A stretch of 64,000 bases of DNA from Deltaproteobacteria bacterium (GCA_005879805.1 VBKL01000053.1:157716-221715); one strand, 5' to 3'; shown: positions 30,197 to 39,725, counted from the stretch's first letter. The notes: a model not told the origin generated them from the sequence alone. A program made the numbers and translations.

Positions 30197-30424
30197 TCAG
30201 CGCCGGAAGGCGCGGAAGCGGGCCAGGAGCTCGGCTTCCACCGAGGGCGGCACCGCCGCGTCGGGGAGCCGGCCTGTGAGGCGGATCGTCGTCCTCATCT
30301 GCCGCAGGAAAGCGCGGCAATGGCGGCAGGTGCCCAGGTGGAACTGGAACCGGAACCGCTGCCCGAGGGACAGCCTGCCCTCTACGTAGTCGGTAACCAG
30401 CTCGGTGATTTCCTTGCAGCTCAT
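30197..30424 (-). CDS. zf-HC2 (putative zinc-finger) anti-sigma factor domain protein, 75 aa
   Basis: MSCKEITELVTDYVEGRLS...FQFHLGTCRHCRAFL carries the H-x3-C-x2-C anti-sigma zinc motif. Confidence 0.7.
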   Translation of the reverse strand: MSCKEITELVTDYVEGRLSLGQRFRFQFHLGTCRHCRAFLRQMRTTIRLTGRLPDAAVPPSVEAELLARFRAFRR

Positions 30425-30501
30425 CGGGTGGTCCGCGCGTAACGGATCAAGCCTTCCGTCTCAGGACGAGGCGATTCGTTACACGGAGCGCTGCGGCAGG
30501 A

Positions 30502-31350
30502 TCATGCCGCCGGCGCCGCATCGGCCGAGCGGCGCAGGTGCCGGCGCTCGTCCGCGCGCGGGAGGGCGGAGAGCAGCGCCTTGCGCGACTCCGGGTCGGC
30601 GGCGAAAGCGATGGTCGCTTTCGCTCCGACCAGGTCGAAATAGGCCCGCAGCGCCGACTGGGCGCGCTGCAGCGCCTCGGCCTCGTCGGTCAGCGGCGAT
30701 CCGGCTCCCGGGAGCTTTCTCAGCTCCTCGGCGAGATCGCGCATGGTGTGCAGGTCGTCGTTGATGATGCCCGCGTCCGTCGCGATGTTCGCGTGCTGGG
30801 AGGCGGCGGAGACGATGCGCTCGAGGGCCCGCAGCACGTGCTGCGGCTGCCGCGTCGAGAACGGATCGCCGAGCCCGAAGGCATGCGCCGCGGTCCGCCC
30901 GTCCGGTCCCCGCGTCACGCGGAGGACCGCCCCGCGCACGGCTTGCGCGGTTGCGGCGGCATCGGCGAGTAGCTCGGCGTGCTCGGGGATGCGACCCCGG
31001 GCCGCCAGTGCGGCAGCCGGCAGCGCCTGCAGGTGGTCCTCGATCTCGGCGGCCAGCTGCACGGCCACTTCCGAATAGGCGGCGGACAATCCGCGCCGGG
31101 AAAGCTCGGCGGCGTGCGCGCGCGCGATGTCCGCCACGGCCCGAGCGGCCCTCGCATCGGCGATGGGGTCGGACCGGTTCGGCACCCCTCCCTCCCGATT
31201 GCGAGCACCCCGCTCCTCGAGATCGCGACGCGCGTCGGCGAGGCCCTTCGCGCTCCCGTTGCGAGGTTGCTTGGCTCCGTCCTGCGCCCGTGGGAGGGAA
31301 CGGGGCCTCGGGGACGAATCGCGCGACGCGGGAGTCGGCTTCTGGGCCAT
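30502..31350 (-). CDS. Hypothetical alpha-helical protein (282 aa)
   Basis: ATG 31350 is preceded by a perfect AAGGAGG. Ala/Arg-rich helical sequence, no family recognised. The track ORF extends to 31476 but lacks an RBS there. Confidence 0.55.
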   Translation of the reverse strand: MAQKPTPASRDSSPRPRSLPRAQDGAKQPRNGSAKGLADARRDLEERGARNREGGVPNRSDPIADARAARAVADIARAHAAELSRRGLSAAYSEVAVQLAAEIEDHLQALPAAALAARGRIPEHAELLADAAATAQAVRGAVLRVTRGPDGRTAAHAFGLGDPFSTRQPQHVLRALERIVSAASQHANIATDAGIINDDLHTMRDLAEELRKLPGAGSPLTDEAEALQRAQSALRAYFDLVGAKATIAFAADPESRKALLSALPRADERRHLRRSADAAPAA

Positions 31351-31535
31351 ACGGCCCTCCTTGATGTGGTGCAGCGCGAGCCGCCGCGGCGAAGGCACCG
31401 TGCCGCGCGGCCAGCTCGCAAACAAAAGCCTCCCGCAAACGGCGGAAAGATTCAAGATAGGGGCCCTCGGGATCATCTGGCCGCGCGCACCCAGGAAGTA
31501 ACGTGTTACACGGATCCCAAGCTGGGGGTCCCCGA

Positions 31536-32840
31536 ATGGAGCGTTGGACGACCGAGGCCGTCAGGGCGAAGCAGAAGGAACTGCTCTTCCCGAACGTCGG
31601 CACCTACTTCGAGCAGTCGCTGCCGATCGAGTCGGGCCGCGGGATGTACCTCCGGGACCTCGACGGCAAGGAGTATCTCGACTTCTTCGCCGGCATCCTC
31701 ACCGTGCAGGTCGGCCACTGCCATCCCCGGGTGACCGAGGCTGCCATCGAGCAGCAGCGCAAGCTCGTCCACGTCTCGACGCTCTATCCGACCGTCCCCC
31801 AGATCCAGCTGGCGGAGAAGCTCGTCCAGATCAAGCCGATGAAGGAGCCCGCCAAGGTCTTCTTCACCAACTCCGGCACCGAGGCGAACGAGACCGCGGT
31901 GACCTTGGCCAAGGAGGCCACGGGCCGCACCGAGCTGGTGGTCCTGCGCCACAATTACGGCGGCCGCGGCACGCTCGCCCTCAGCACCATGGGCGTGAAG
32001 CAATACCGCCCGCGCGTGCAAAGCGAGATCGCCGGCGTCCGCTACGCCCACTCGCCCTACTGTTACCGCTGCGACTTCGACTTGAAGTACCCGGACTGCG
32101 GCGTCGCCTGCGCCAAGGACTTGAAGCCGCTCATCGAGAGCACGACCCACGGCGAGATCGCCGCCTTCCTGATGGAGACCATCCAGGGCGTCGGCGGGTT
32201 CATCACGCCGCCCAAGGAGTACTTCGACATCGCCCTGCCCATCATCCGCAAGGCGGGCGGGCTCTTCATCGCCGACGAGGTCCAGACCGCGTGGGGGCGG
32301 ACCGGGGGCAAGTGGTGGGGCGTCGAGCAGTTCGGCGCCGAGCCCGACATCCTCACCAGCGCCAAGGGAATGGCGAACGGCCAGCCGATCGGCCTCACCA
32401 TGGCGAAAGCCTCGGTCGCCGACGCCGGCCGTTACTCTCAGATCTCTACCTTCGGAGGATCGCCCGTCTCCATGGCGGCGTCGCTCGCCACCATCTCGGT
32501 GATCGAAGAGGAGAAGCTCCTCTTCAACTCGCAGATGATGGGCAAGGCGCTGCGCGAAGGGCTCGAGGGCCTCAAGGAGCGCTTCCAGGCGATCGGAGAC
32601 GTCCGCGGGATGGGCCTCATGCAGGCCATCGAGCTGGTGAAGGACCGCGGCACCAAGGAGCCGGACGTGCAGGGTACGTCCCGGATCCTCGAGGGCGCCC
32701 GCAAGCGGGGCCTCCTCGTCGGCAAGGGCGGGACGTACAACAACGCGCTGCGCATCGCGCCTCCGCTCATCGTCTCCAAGAGCCAGGTCGACGACGCCCT
32801 GCGCATCCTCGCCGAGGCGCTCGAAGAGGCACTGCGATGA
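31536..32840 (+). CDS. Class-III PLP-dependent aminotransferase (omega-aminotransferase family)
   Basis: FTNSGTEANE, ADEVQT.WGRTG and LTSAKGMANG (PLP lysine context). ATG 31536, with an alternative GTG at 31503. Confidence 0.9.
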   Translation: MERWTTEAVRAKQKELLFPNVGTYFEQSLPIESGRGMYLRDLDGKEYLDFFAGILTVQVGHCHPRVTEAAIEQQRKLVHVSTLYPTVPQIQLAEKLVQIKPMKEPAKVFFTNSGTEANETAVTLAKEATGRTELVVLRHNYGGRGTLALSTMGVKQYRPRVQSEIAGVRYAHSPYCYRCDFDLKYPDCGVACAKDLKPLIESTTHGEIAAFLMETIQGVGGFITPPKEYFDIALPIIRKAGGLFIADEVQTAWGRTGGKWWGVEQFGAEPDILTSAKGMANGQPIGLTMAKASVADAGRYSQISTFGGSPVSMAASLATISVIEEEKLLFNSQMMGKALREGLEGLKERFQAIGDVRGMGLMQAIELVKDRGTKEPDVQGTSRILEGARKRGLLVGKGGTYNNALRIAPPLIVSKSQVDDALRILAEALEEALR

Positions 32841-33364
32841 TGGCGGGCGCCCCGACGCGGCTCGTACGCGTCGGCGGCGCCGCCCTGCCCTCGCGGGCCT
32901 TTGCGCTGGCGCTCCTTCTCGCGCTTCATGCTTGCAAGAAGGGAACGCCGCCGCCCTCGCTCGGAGAGCCCGTCAGCGTCGAGCAACCCGGCGGGTCCGC
33001 CACCCAGCTCATCGAGCGCGGCAGCGAGATCCCGACCAGCGCCACCGAGAGCTTCACCACCCTCCACGACGGCGAGCGCCGCATCGCGGTCCACGTGCTT
33101 CGCGGCGCCGGCAAGAGCGCCCAGAAGCTGCGCGACGAAGGCTGGTGGGTCGTCGACGGCGTCTCGGGCGGCCACGCCGGTCAGCCTCGCGTACTCGTCA
33201 CCTTGGAGGTGGACGGGCAGGGAGCGCTTTCCGTCACCGCACGCGAAGGGGACCGCAAGCTCCGGGTGGCGAAGGCGAACGACGCCGATCGCAGCGTCCT
33301 CGCTCCCGCCCCTCTCACCGAGCCGGACGAGGACGAGGACGCACCGGACGACGACGACAAGTGA
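32837..33364 (+). CDS. Lipoprotein with an Hsp70 substrate-binding-domain-like beta-sandwich and acidic tail
   Basis: Signal/lipobox ALALLLALHAC. IERGSEIPTSATESFTTLHDGERRIAVHVLRGAG...PRVLVTLEVDGQGALSVTARE parallels the DnaK segment [34 protein letters not shown]...[21 protein letters not shown] from this window. ATGATG overlaps the upstream stop. Confidence 0.7.
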   Translation: MMAGAPTRLVRVGGAALPSRAFALALLLALHACKKGTPPPSLGEPVSVEQPGGSATQLIERGSEIPTSATESFTTLHDGERRIAVHVLRGAGKSAQKLRDEGWWVVDGVSGGHAGQPRVLVTLEVDGQGALSVTAREGDRKLRVAKANDADRSVLAPAPLTEPDEDEDAPDDDDK

Positions 33365-33448
33365 AACAGGCGCGTGGCTGCGCGCACACGTCGCGGGCGC
33401 TTGCCCCTACCTGGGCCCGGGCCCGACAATCCCGGGGCCGGGACAGAG

Positions 33449-34642
33449 ATGACGAACTACATCGCCCTCGCCATCCCCTTCTTCTTCCTGCTCATGGGCG
33501 TGGAGATCTTCTGGGCGCGGCGCCGCGGCGTGCGCCCCTACCGCTTCAACGACTCGCTGGTCGATCTCTCCTGCGGGATGGCGCAGCAGATCGCCGTCGT
33601 CTTCGGCGTAGGCGTTCTCTCCGCCGCATACCTGTGGATGTACCGACACCGGTTCTTCGAGCCGGGCGCGGCCTGGTCGTGGCTGATCGCGTTCGTTGCG
33701 GTCGACTTCACCTATTACGTCTGGCACCGCATGAGCCACCGCGTGAACTTCCTCTGGGCGGTTCATGCGGTGCACCACCAGAGCGAGGACTTCAACCTGG
33801 CGGTCGCCCTGCGCCAGGCCGTGCTTTCGCCCTGGACCATCCTCCCCTTCCACCTGCCGCTTGCGCTCCTGGGCGTGCCGCCGCTGATCTTTGCGACGGT
33901 CGAATCGTTCTCGACGCTGTACCAGTTCTGGATCCACACCGAGCTGTGCGGGAAGCTCGGGATCTTCGAGTGGGTCTTCAACACGCCGTCGCAGCACCGC
34001 GTCCACCATGCGGTCAATCCCCGCTACCTCGACAAGAACTACGCCGCGACGCTCTGCATCTGGGACCGGATGTTCGGCACCTTCGAGCCCGAGCGCGAGG
34101 AGCCCGTCTACGGCGTCGTCAAGCCGCTCCGCAGCTTCAACCCGATCCGCGCTCAGGTGCAGGGCTTCGTGGACATCGCGAGGCTCGCGGCCAGTGCGCG
34201 CGGTCTGGATCGGTTGCGCGCCGTCTTCAAGGACCCTGCCTGGCGCCCCGGCGGCACGATCGACGCGCCCGAGGTCACGCGAGCCACGGCGCGCAAGTAC
34301 GACCCGCGCCCGTCCCGCGGCCTCGTCGCCTACCTCGCGGCGAACCTGGTGCTGGCGGTGATCGGCACGACCGCCCTGCTCTTCACCGAGTTCACCCTCG
34401 ACCCGCCTCGCCAGGGAGCGCTCGCGGCCGTGCTGCTCCTCACCCTGCTCGGATTCGGCGCGCTCCTCGAGCGCCGCCGATGGGCCGTTCCGCTCGAGCT
34501 AGCCCGGCTCTTGCTCGCGGCGGCGACCGCGCTCTTCTGGCTGCACGCCGATCCACGTCTCGCCGCGGCCGCCGCGCTCTGCGCCCTGCCCTTCGCGGCC
34601 TGGATCTTCTCGCTGCGCCGCCAGGCTGCTCCGGCGGCCTGA
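33449..34642 (+). CDS. Sterol desaturase / fatty-acid hydroxylase superfamily membrane protein with extra C-terminal TM region
   Basis: His boxes WHRMSHR, HAVHHQSE and HRVHHAVN. ATG at 33449 (MTNYIALAIPFFF...). Confidence 0.85.
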   Translation: MTNYIALAIPFFFLLMGVEIFWARRRGVRPYRFNDSLVDLSCGMAQQIAVVFGVGVLSAAYLWMYRHRFFEPGAAWSWLIAFVAVDFTYYVWHRMSHRVNFLWAVHAVHHQSEDFNLAVALRQAVLSPWTILPFHLPLALLGVPPLIFATVESFSTLYQFWIHTELCGKLGIFEWVFNTPSQHRVHHAVNPRYLDKNYAATLCIWDRMFGTFEPEREEPVYGVVKPLRSFNPIRAQVQGFVDIARLAASARGLDRLRAVFKDPAWRPGGTIDAPEVTRATARKYDPRPSRGLVAYLAANLVLAVIGTTALLFTEFTLDPPRQGALAAVLLLTLLGFGALLERRRWAVPLELARLLLAAATALFWLHADPRLAAAAALCALPFAAWIFSLRRQAAPAA

Positions 34643-35530
34643 TCGCCGCGCCCGGGCGAGCGCGACGAGCACCAGCGGCCAGAGCGCGCTCGCCAGCCCA
34701 CCGCGTCCCGAGGAGCAGCCGCAGCCGGAGCCGGCAGGCTCCAGGCGGATGGGATCGCCGACGCTCGTCGCCGTCTGCGCACCGCGCGGATAGATGGCGC
34801 AGATGCCCGTAATATCGTCCGGCTGGAGCACCCGCTTCGACGTCTCGCCGGCGGGAGCGCTGGCGGCCATCGTCGCGCTCGGGTCGGCGGAGTGGTCGAG
34901 CCCGAGGGTGTGACCTGCCTCGTGCGTGATCGTGTTCTGCACGTCGATCGAGACGCAATTCACCACCGGGCCACCCGGCGGACAAGGTGGCGCGTCGACG
35001 GTCGTGAAGGTGAACTTGCTGCTGTTGGCCGCGGGAGCGTCGTTGATCTCGATGTCGGCGTCGAAGATCTGCCCGGTCGACGCGCTGAAGGTGGTGACGG
35101 TAGTGGCGATGATGGCGCCGCCGCGATCCCAGCAGTCGTACTTGTTGGTGCAGCCGCCTTGGGTGAGGCACGGATCGTTCGCCGGCACCACCGCGTCGCA
35201 TCGCTGGGTGCGGAAAAGGATCAGGTTGCGGTTGATGCTCCCCGGGAAGAATCCGATCCGCCGATCTCCCTGCTCGAGTGGCACCACTTCGGGAAACAAC
35301 AGATCGGAGCAGGACACCCCTGCCCAGGTCGCGAAGCTCTTGCGAATGGCGTCGAAGGCGGCGGTGCCCGACACGTCCGGCGTCCCGAGCGCATCCATCT
35401 GGAAGTTGTGACCGCGCGGCCCCCAGAAGAGGTAGATGCCCGATCCGGGCTGCGTCTCGGTACGGCGGTACGCCCGGGCCGGCGGGGCGCTGGCGACGAA
35501 GAGGAGCGTCGCCACCGATGTCGCGCGCAT
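34499..35530 (-). CDS. Matrixin-like zinc metalloprotease with MYXO-CTERM-like sorting tail
   Basis: Signal peptide, HEAGHTLGLDH (HExxHxxGxxH), then GSGCGCSSGRGGLASALWPLVLVALARARR (Cys motif, TM, basic cluster). The ORF continues about 45 codons beyond the basic cluster. Confidence 0.85.
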   Translation of the reverse strand: MRATSVATLLFVASAPPARAYRRTETQPGSGIYLFWGPRGHNFQMDALGTPDVSGTAAFDAIRKSFATWAGVSCSDLLFPEVVPLEQGDRRIGFFPGSINRNLILFRTQRCDAVVPANDPCLTQGGCTNKYDCWDRGGAIIATTVTTFSASTGQIFDADIEINDAPAANSSKFTFTTVDAPPCPPGGPVVNCVSIDVQNTITHEAGHTLGLDHSADPSATMAASAPAGETSKRVLQPDDITGICAIYPRGAQTATSVGDPIRLEPAGSGCGCSSGRGGLASALWPLVLVALARARRSGRRSSLAAQREDPGREGQGAERGGRGETWIGVQPEERGRRREQEPG

Positions 35531-36042
35531 CAACGAGCCGCGGGCCCCGCTGCGCGGCGGACCCGTTCGCGCAGGTCGTCGAAGGCGAGGTCGTCTTCCT
35601 CGCCGGCGCTGCATCCCACGCACGAAATCTGGTTGCGAGCGCGGGTTGCGCGCAGGCCTCCGCCCGCACCCGGCTTCACCAGGAATTTCCCCAGCCCCAT
35701 GCGCTCGACGTCGTACAGGCCCGTCGCGATCCGCCGGAGGAACACCACCACCTCGTCGCCCGGCGTGAACGCCGGCGCACCCGCGACCGTCTGTCCGATG
35801 TCGCCGATGGTCCCGCCTTCGACACGAACCGAGATGGGCTGGAGCCCGCCGGCGCCCTTCCACCAGCCGATGGGCGCGATCGAGACCTCGGTGAAGACGA
35901 GGCCTCCTCCCGAGCCGGGATGGCTCCGAGTCCCGGTCACCCGGCCGTGGACCACGGCGTCCGCGGAGAAGGTCATCGCCTCGATGTCGGCAGGTCCCTG
36001 GAGGGTGGTCGCGAGCAGGACCGCGGCGAGGGCGAACGGCAT
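35530..36042 (-). CDS. Secreted hypothetical protein translationally coupled to the metalloprotease
   Basis: Signal-like MPFALAAVLLATTLQG. The stop shares one nt with the protease ATG (TGATG). No family recognised. Confidence 0.55.
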   Translation of the reverse strand: MPFALAAVLLATTLQGPADIEAMTFSADAVVHGRVTGTRSHPGSGGGLVFTEVSIAPIGWWKGAGGLQPISVRVEGGTIGDIGQTVAGAPAFTPGDEVVVFLRRIATGLYDVERMGLGKFLVKPGAGGGLRATRARNQISCVGCSAGEEDDLAFDDLRERVRRAAGPAAR

Positions 36043-36061
36043 GAAGTCAGCCTAACACCGC

Positions 36062-37723
36062 TCAGGGGATGGCGCCCGCGCCGTCAAATCGAGGATCGGC
36101 GACCGCGGCGCGAAAACCCGTCGCCGGATCGACCTCGACCCCGCAAGCTTTTCCGATCGGAAACCGTGCGACCCGGAACTGGTGTCCCCTGGCCGCCAGC
36201 GCCTTCTGCGTCTCGGCCTCGAGCCCGTTGTTCTCCATCCGGATGGCGTCGGGGGAGAGGTTGTGGTGCACGCGCGATGCGGCGATCGCCTCGTCGAGCT
36301 TCATCTTGTCGTCGACGAGGTGGATGATGATCTGCGCCACCGTGGTCGGAATGGTGGGACCGCCGGCCGCCCCCACCGCTAGCCGCAGTTCACCGCTCGG
36401 CGCGAAGAGGAAGGTCGGGGCCATCGACGAGAGGGGCTCCTTGCCGGCGTCCGGCGCGTTCTCCTTGCCGCCGGACAGTCCGAACGCGTTGGGAACGTCG
36501 GGAGCGATCGCGAAGTCGTCCATCTGGTCGTTGAGGAGGACTCCGGTTCCCTTCGCGACGACGCAGGATCCGAAGCCGTTGTTGACCGTGGTGGTCATGG
36601 CCACCGCGTTCCCCTCCTCGTCGATGACGGAGAGGTGCGTCGTGTGCCCTTCCTGGCGCTGCACCAGCGTCGCGGCAGGCGTGGCGCGCTCGCCGATCTG
36701 CCCGCGCAGCGAGGCGGCGAACTCCTTGGTGGTGATGTCGTGGGCGATCTGCATCATGCGCGGGTTGAAATCGGGATCGCCCCACCCTTCGCGCAGCGCG
36801 AACAGCCGCTTCTCCGTCTCGGCCATGACGTGCAGGAAATGCTCGGGACGGTAGTAACCGCCCGCGCGGGGATCCTCGCGCTCGAGGACGTTGAGGAGCG
36901 CGATGACGAGCATCCCGCCCGAGGACGGCGGCGGCATGCTCACGATGCGATGCCCTCGGTAGGTCCCTTCGATGGGCGCGCGGTCGCGGACCTTGTAGGC
37001 GGCGAGATCCTTTTCGCTGAGGATTCCCCCCTTGGCCTGGACGTCCTTCGCGATACGCTTCGCCAGCAGACCTTTGTAGAAGGCGTCCGCCCCGTGCAGG
37101 CCGATCGCCTGCAGCGTCCTCGCGAGATCGGGCTGGACGAGCTTGTCGCCAGGGTCGAGCGGCTCGGGCTCGCCGCTTTCGATGCCGCGCAAGAAGATCC
37201 GCGACGCGTCCGGATCGGCGGCGAGGCATTCGCGCCGTTCCTCGGAAAGGGAGACGAACGACGGCGTCACCTGGAATCCGTTCGCGGCGAGCGAGACGGC
37301 GGGCGCCATGACCTCCCGCAGCGGCCGCTTTCCCCAGCGCTTGAGGATCTCGACGTACCCGCGCACCGCGCCGGGAACGCCGATCGAGAGCGGACCCGCC
37401 TCGGCGAGGTCCTGCCGCGCCTGGCCGTCTTGCAGGTACATGTCCGGGCGCGCCGCGGCGGGAGCCACTTCGCGGAAATCGACCACGTGTACCTGTCGAT
37501 CGCGCGCCGTGTAGACGAGCGCGAAGCCGCCGCCGCCGATCCCGCTCGATTGCGGCTCGACTACCGAAAGCGCGAAGGCCGCCGCCACCGCCGCGTCGAA
37601 CGCGTTTCCGCCGTGCCGGAGCAGCGACGCGCCGGCCTCGCTCGCGAGCGGATGGGCGGTCGCCACCGCGCCGCGAGGGGACACGGCGGCGGTGGCGAGG
37701 ACGAGCGCGACGAGAACATGCAT
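36062..37723 (-). CDS. ggt: Gamma-glutamyltranspeptidase
   Basis: HPLASEAGASLLRHGGNAFDAAVA, SSGIGGGGF and the autoprocessing-site context QEGHTTHLSVID, with ...MDDF.. downstream. 553 aa. Confidence 0.93.
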   Translation of the reverse strand: MHVLVALVLATAAVSPRGAVATAHPLASEAGASLLRHGGNAFDAAVAAAFALSVVEPQSSGIGGGGFALVYTARDRQVHVVDFREVAPAAARPDMYLQDGQARQDLAEAGPLSIGVPGAVRGYVEILKRWGKRPLREVMAPAVSLAANGFQVTPSFVSLSEERRECLAADPDASRIFLRGIESGEPEPLDPGDKLVQPDLARTLQAIGLHGADAFYKGLLAKRIAKDVQAKGGILSEKDLAAYKVRDRAPIEGTYRGHRIVSMPPPSSGGMLVIALLNVLEREDPRAGGYYRPEHFLHVMAETEKRLFALREGWGDPDFNPRMMQIAHDITTKEFAASLRGQIGERATPAATLVQRQEGHTTHLSVIDEEGNAVAMTTTVNNGFGSCVVAKGTGVLLNDQMDDFAIAPDVPNAFGLSGGKENAPDAGKEPLSSMAPTFLFAPSGELRLAVGAAGGPTIPTTVAQIIIHLVDDKMKLDEAIAASRVHHNLSPDAIRMENNGLEAETQKALAARGHQFRVARFPIGKACGVEVDPATGFRAAVADPRFDGAGAIP

Positions 37724-37790
37724 GGGGCGCTCTCCGTAACAGAGCCCTTCCGTTGAATCCAGCGACGGCGTCTGTTATGGCCGCTGCCCC

Positions 37791-39212
37791 ATGCCGCCCG
37801 TCCGCGTCCGATTCGCTCCCTCCCCGACGGGATACCTGCACATCGGCGGCGCCCGCACCGCGCTCTTCAACTGGCTCTGGGCGCGCAAAGAGAAGGGCAC
37901 CTTCATCCTCCGCATCGAAGATACCGATCGAGAGCGCTCGACGACCCAGTCGGTGCAGGCGATCCTCGACGGGATGAAGTGGCTGGGCCTCGACTGGGAC
38001 GAAGGGCCCGGCGTGGAAGGGCCGCACGCGCCGTACTTCCAGACGCAGCGGCTCGCCATCTACGAGAAATCCGCGGACGAGCTCATCGCCAAGGGCCGGG
38101 CGTACCGCTGCGTCTGCACCAAGGAAGAGCTCGACAAGCTGCGCGAGCAGGCCGCCAAGGAAAAGCGCGGATTCAAGTATCCGGGGACCTGCCGCGACCG
38201 CGGCATTCCCAAGGGGACCAAGGGCGCCGTAGTGCGCTTCCGCATGCCCGACGAGGGCGCGACTGCCTTCCGCGATCTGGTGAAGGGCGAGATCACCACC
38301 CAGCACAAGGAGCTGCAGGACGAGGTCATCCTCCGCGCCGACGGCGTGCCGCTCTACAACTTCGGCGCCGTCGTCGACGACGTGACGATGGAGATCACGC
38401 TGGTCGCCCGCGGCGACGATCACATCGTCAATACGCCGCGGCAGATCCTCATGTACCAGGCGCTCGGGTATCCGGTGCCGGTGTTCGCGCACCTGCCGAT
38501 GATCCTCGGCGCCGACAAGCAGCGGCTTTCCAAGCGGCACGGAGCGGTGAGCGTCCTGCAGTATCGCGACGATGGGTACCTGCCGCACGCGCTCCTCAAC
38601 TACCTTGCGCGCCTCGGGTGGTCGCACGGCGATCAGGAGATCTTCAGCCCCGGGGAGCTGGTCGAGAAGTTCGACTGGGAGCACGTCGGCGCCACCGCGG
38701 GCGTGTTCAACCCGGAGAAGCTCCTCTGGCTCGACCAGCAGTGGATCAAGCGAACGCCGCTGCCGGAATTGGCCGCGCACCTCGAGCCGCTTCTCGCGGC
38801 GCGCGGCGTGAAAGCGGATCCGGAGCGGCTGCGGAACATCCTCCCGCTGGTCCTCGAGAGGGCGAAGACGCTGGTGGAGATGGCGGATCAGATCGTCACT
38901 TTCTTCCGCACCGGTGTCTCGTTCGACGAGGCGGCCGCGAAGAAGAACCTGACGCCGGAGACGCGCCCGCTCCTCGAGGAGGCCCGCAAGCTCGTCGCGG
39001 AGCGCATCGGGGAAGGGGCACCGGCGCTCGAGGCAGGGTTCCGCGATCTCGCGGCCCGGAAGGGCCTGGGCCTCGGCAAGGTCGCGCAGCCCGTGCGGGT
39101 GGCGGTGACGGGCACCACGGTGAGCCCGCCCTTGTTCGAGACGCTGGTGCTCCTCGGGCGCGACGAATCGCTCGCCCGCATCGACGCAGCGATCTCCCGG
39201 ATCGGAGGCTAG
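37791..39212 (+). CDS. gltX: Glutamate--tRNA ligase
   Basis: VRFAPSPTGYLHIGGARTALFNW (HIGH) and KLSKRHG-type LSKRHGA (KMSKS). 473 aa. Confidence 0.95.
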   Translation: MPPVRVRFAPSPTGYLHIGGARTALFNWLWARKEKGTFILRIEDTDRERSTTQSVQAILDGMKWLGLDWDEGPGVEGPHAPYFQTQRLAIYEKSADELIAKGRAYRCVCTKEELDKLREQAAKEKRGFKYPGTCRDRGIPKGTKGAVVRFRMPDEGATAFRDLVKGEITTQHKELQDEVILRADGVPLYNFGAVVDDVTMEITLVARGDDHIVNTPRQILMYQALGYPVPVFAHLPMILGADKQRLSKRHGAVSVLQYRDDGYLPHALLNYLARLGWSHGDQEIFSPGELVEKFDWEHVGATAGVFNPEKLLWLDQQWIKRTPLPELAAHLEPLLAARGVKADPERLRNILPLVLERAKTLVEMADQIVTFFRTGVSFDEAAAKKNLTPETRPLLEEARKLVAERIGEGAPALEAGFRDLAARKGLGLGKVAQPVRVAVTGTTVSPPLFETLVLLGRDESLARIDAAISRIGG

Positions 39213-39215
39213 GAC

Positions 39216-39551
39216 GTGCGCATCGCTCTCGTGCTCGCGGCGCTGCTCGCCGCCGGCGGATTCAAGGCCCGCGGTTTCTCCCTCCCCGACGGAGCGGTGA
39301 AGGTCGACGAGGATCGCTATCGCTTGCCGCAGACGTGGGAGGACACGCTGCGCTGGTACCGCTCGGTCTACCCGCCGGCCAAGTACCCGCGCTCAACCTT
39401 GCGGAACAATGCTGGAATTCGATCCATCCACATCGAGAACCGAACCGCGGGATCGGAGTGGGAAGGCGCCAACGTGTACGAGACGCCCAAGGGAGAGGTC
39501 CGCATCTTCGTGCTGGCCCGCGAAGAACCCAAGCCTCGCGCAGGCAAGTAA
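39216..39551 (+). CDS. Small secreted hypothetical protein (111 aa)
   Basis: GTG start 3 nt after the gltX stop and signal-like MRIALVLAALLAAGG. No family recognised. Confidence 0.5.
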   Translation: MRIALVLAALLAAGGFKARGFSLPDGAVKVDEDRYRLPQTWEDTLRWYRSVYPPAKYPRSTLRNNAGIRSIHIENRTAGSEWEGANVYETPKGEVRIFVLAREEPKPRAGK

Positions 39552-39601
39552 TCACTCTTATTGACGATTTCTATTTTGCGGATTGTCGACGCAGCGCGAA
39601 G

Positions 39602-39631
39602 TTGACCGCGCCGAAGGTGTACTTGTACAGT
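39602..39631 (+). promoter_or_regulatory. Candidate promoter TTGACC-N18-TACAGT in an AT-rich island
   Basis: TTGACC at 39602..39607 and TACAGT at 39626..39631. They lie in the most AT-rich stretch of the window (39552..39640). Confidence 0.35.
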
Positions 39632-39725
39632 CTCTTTGCTGGCTAGCGGCAGGGGGGGGCGCCGTCTTTCCCATCGGGCTTTGGTTGGGCGCCTGCTAGA
39701 GAGCAACGAAAGCCCGGTGTTCCGC

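Noticed and set aside
36390-38780. 796-aa minus-strand ORF
   Set aside because: It is out of frame within ggt and antisense to gltX, with a low-complexity Arg/Gly-rich translation.
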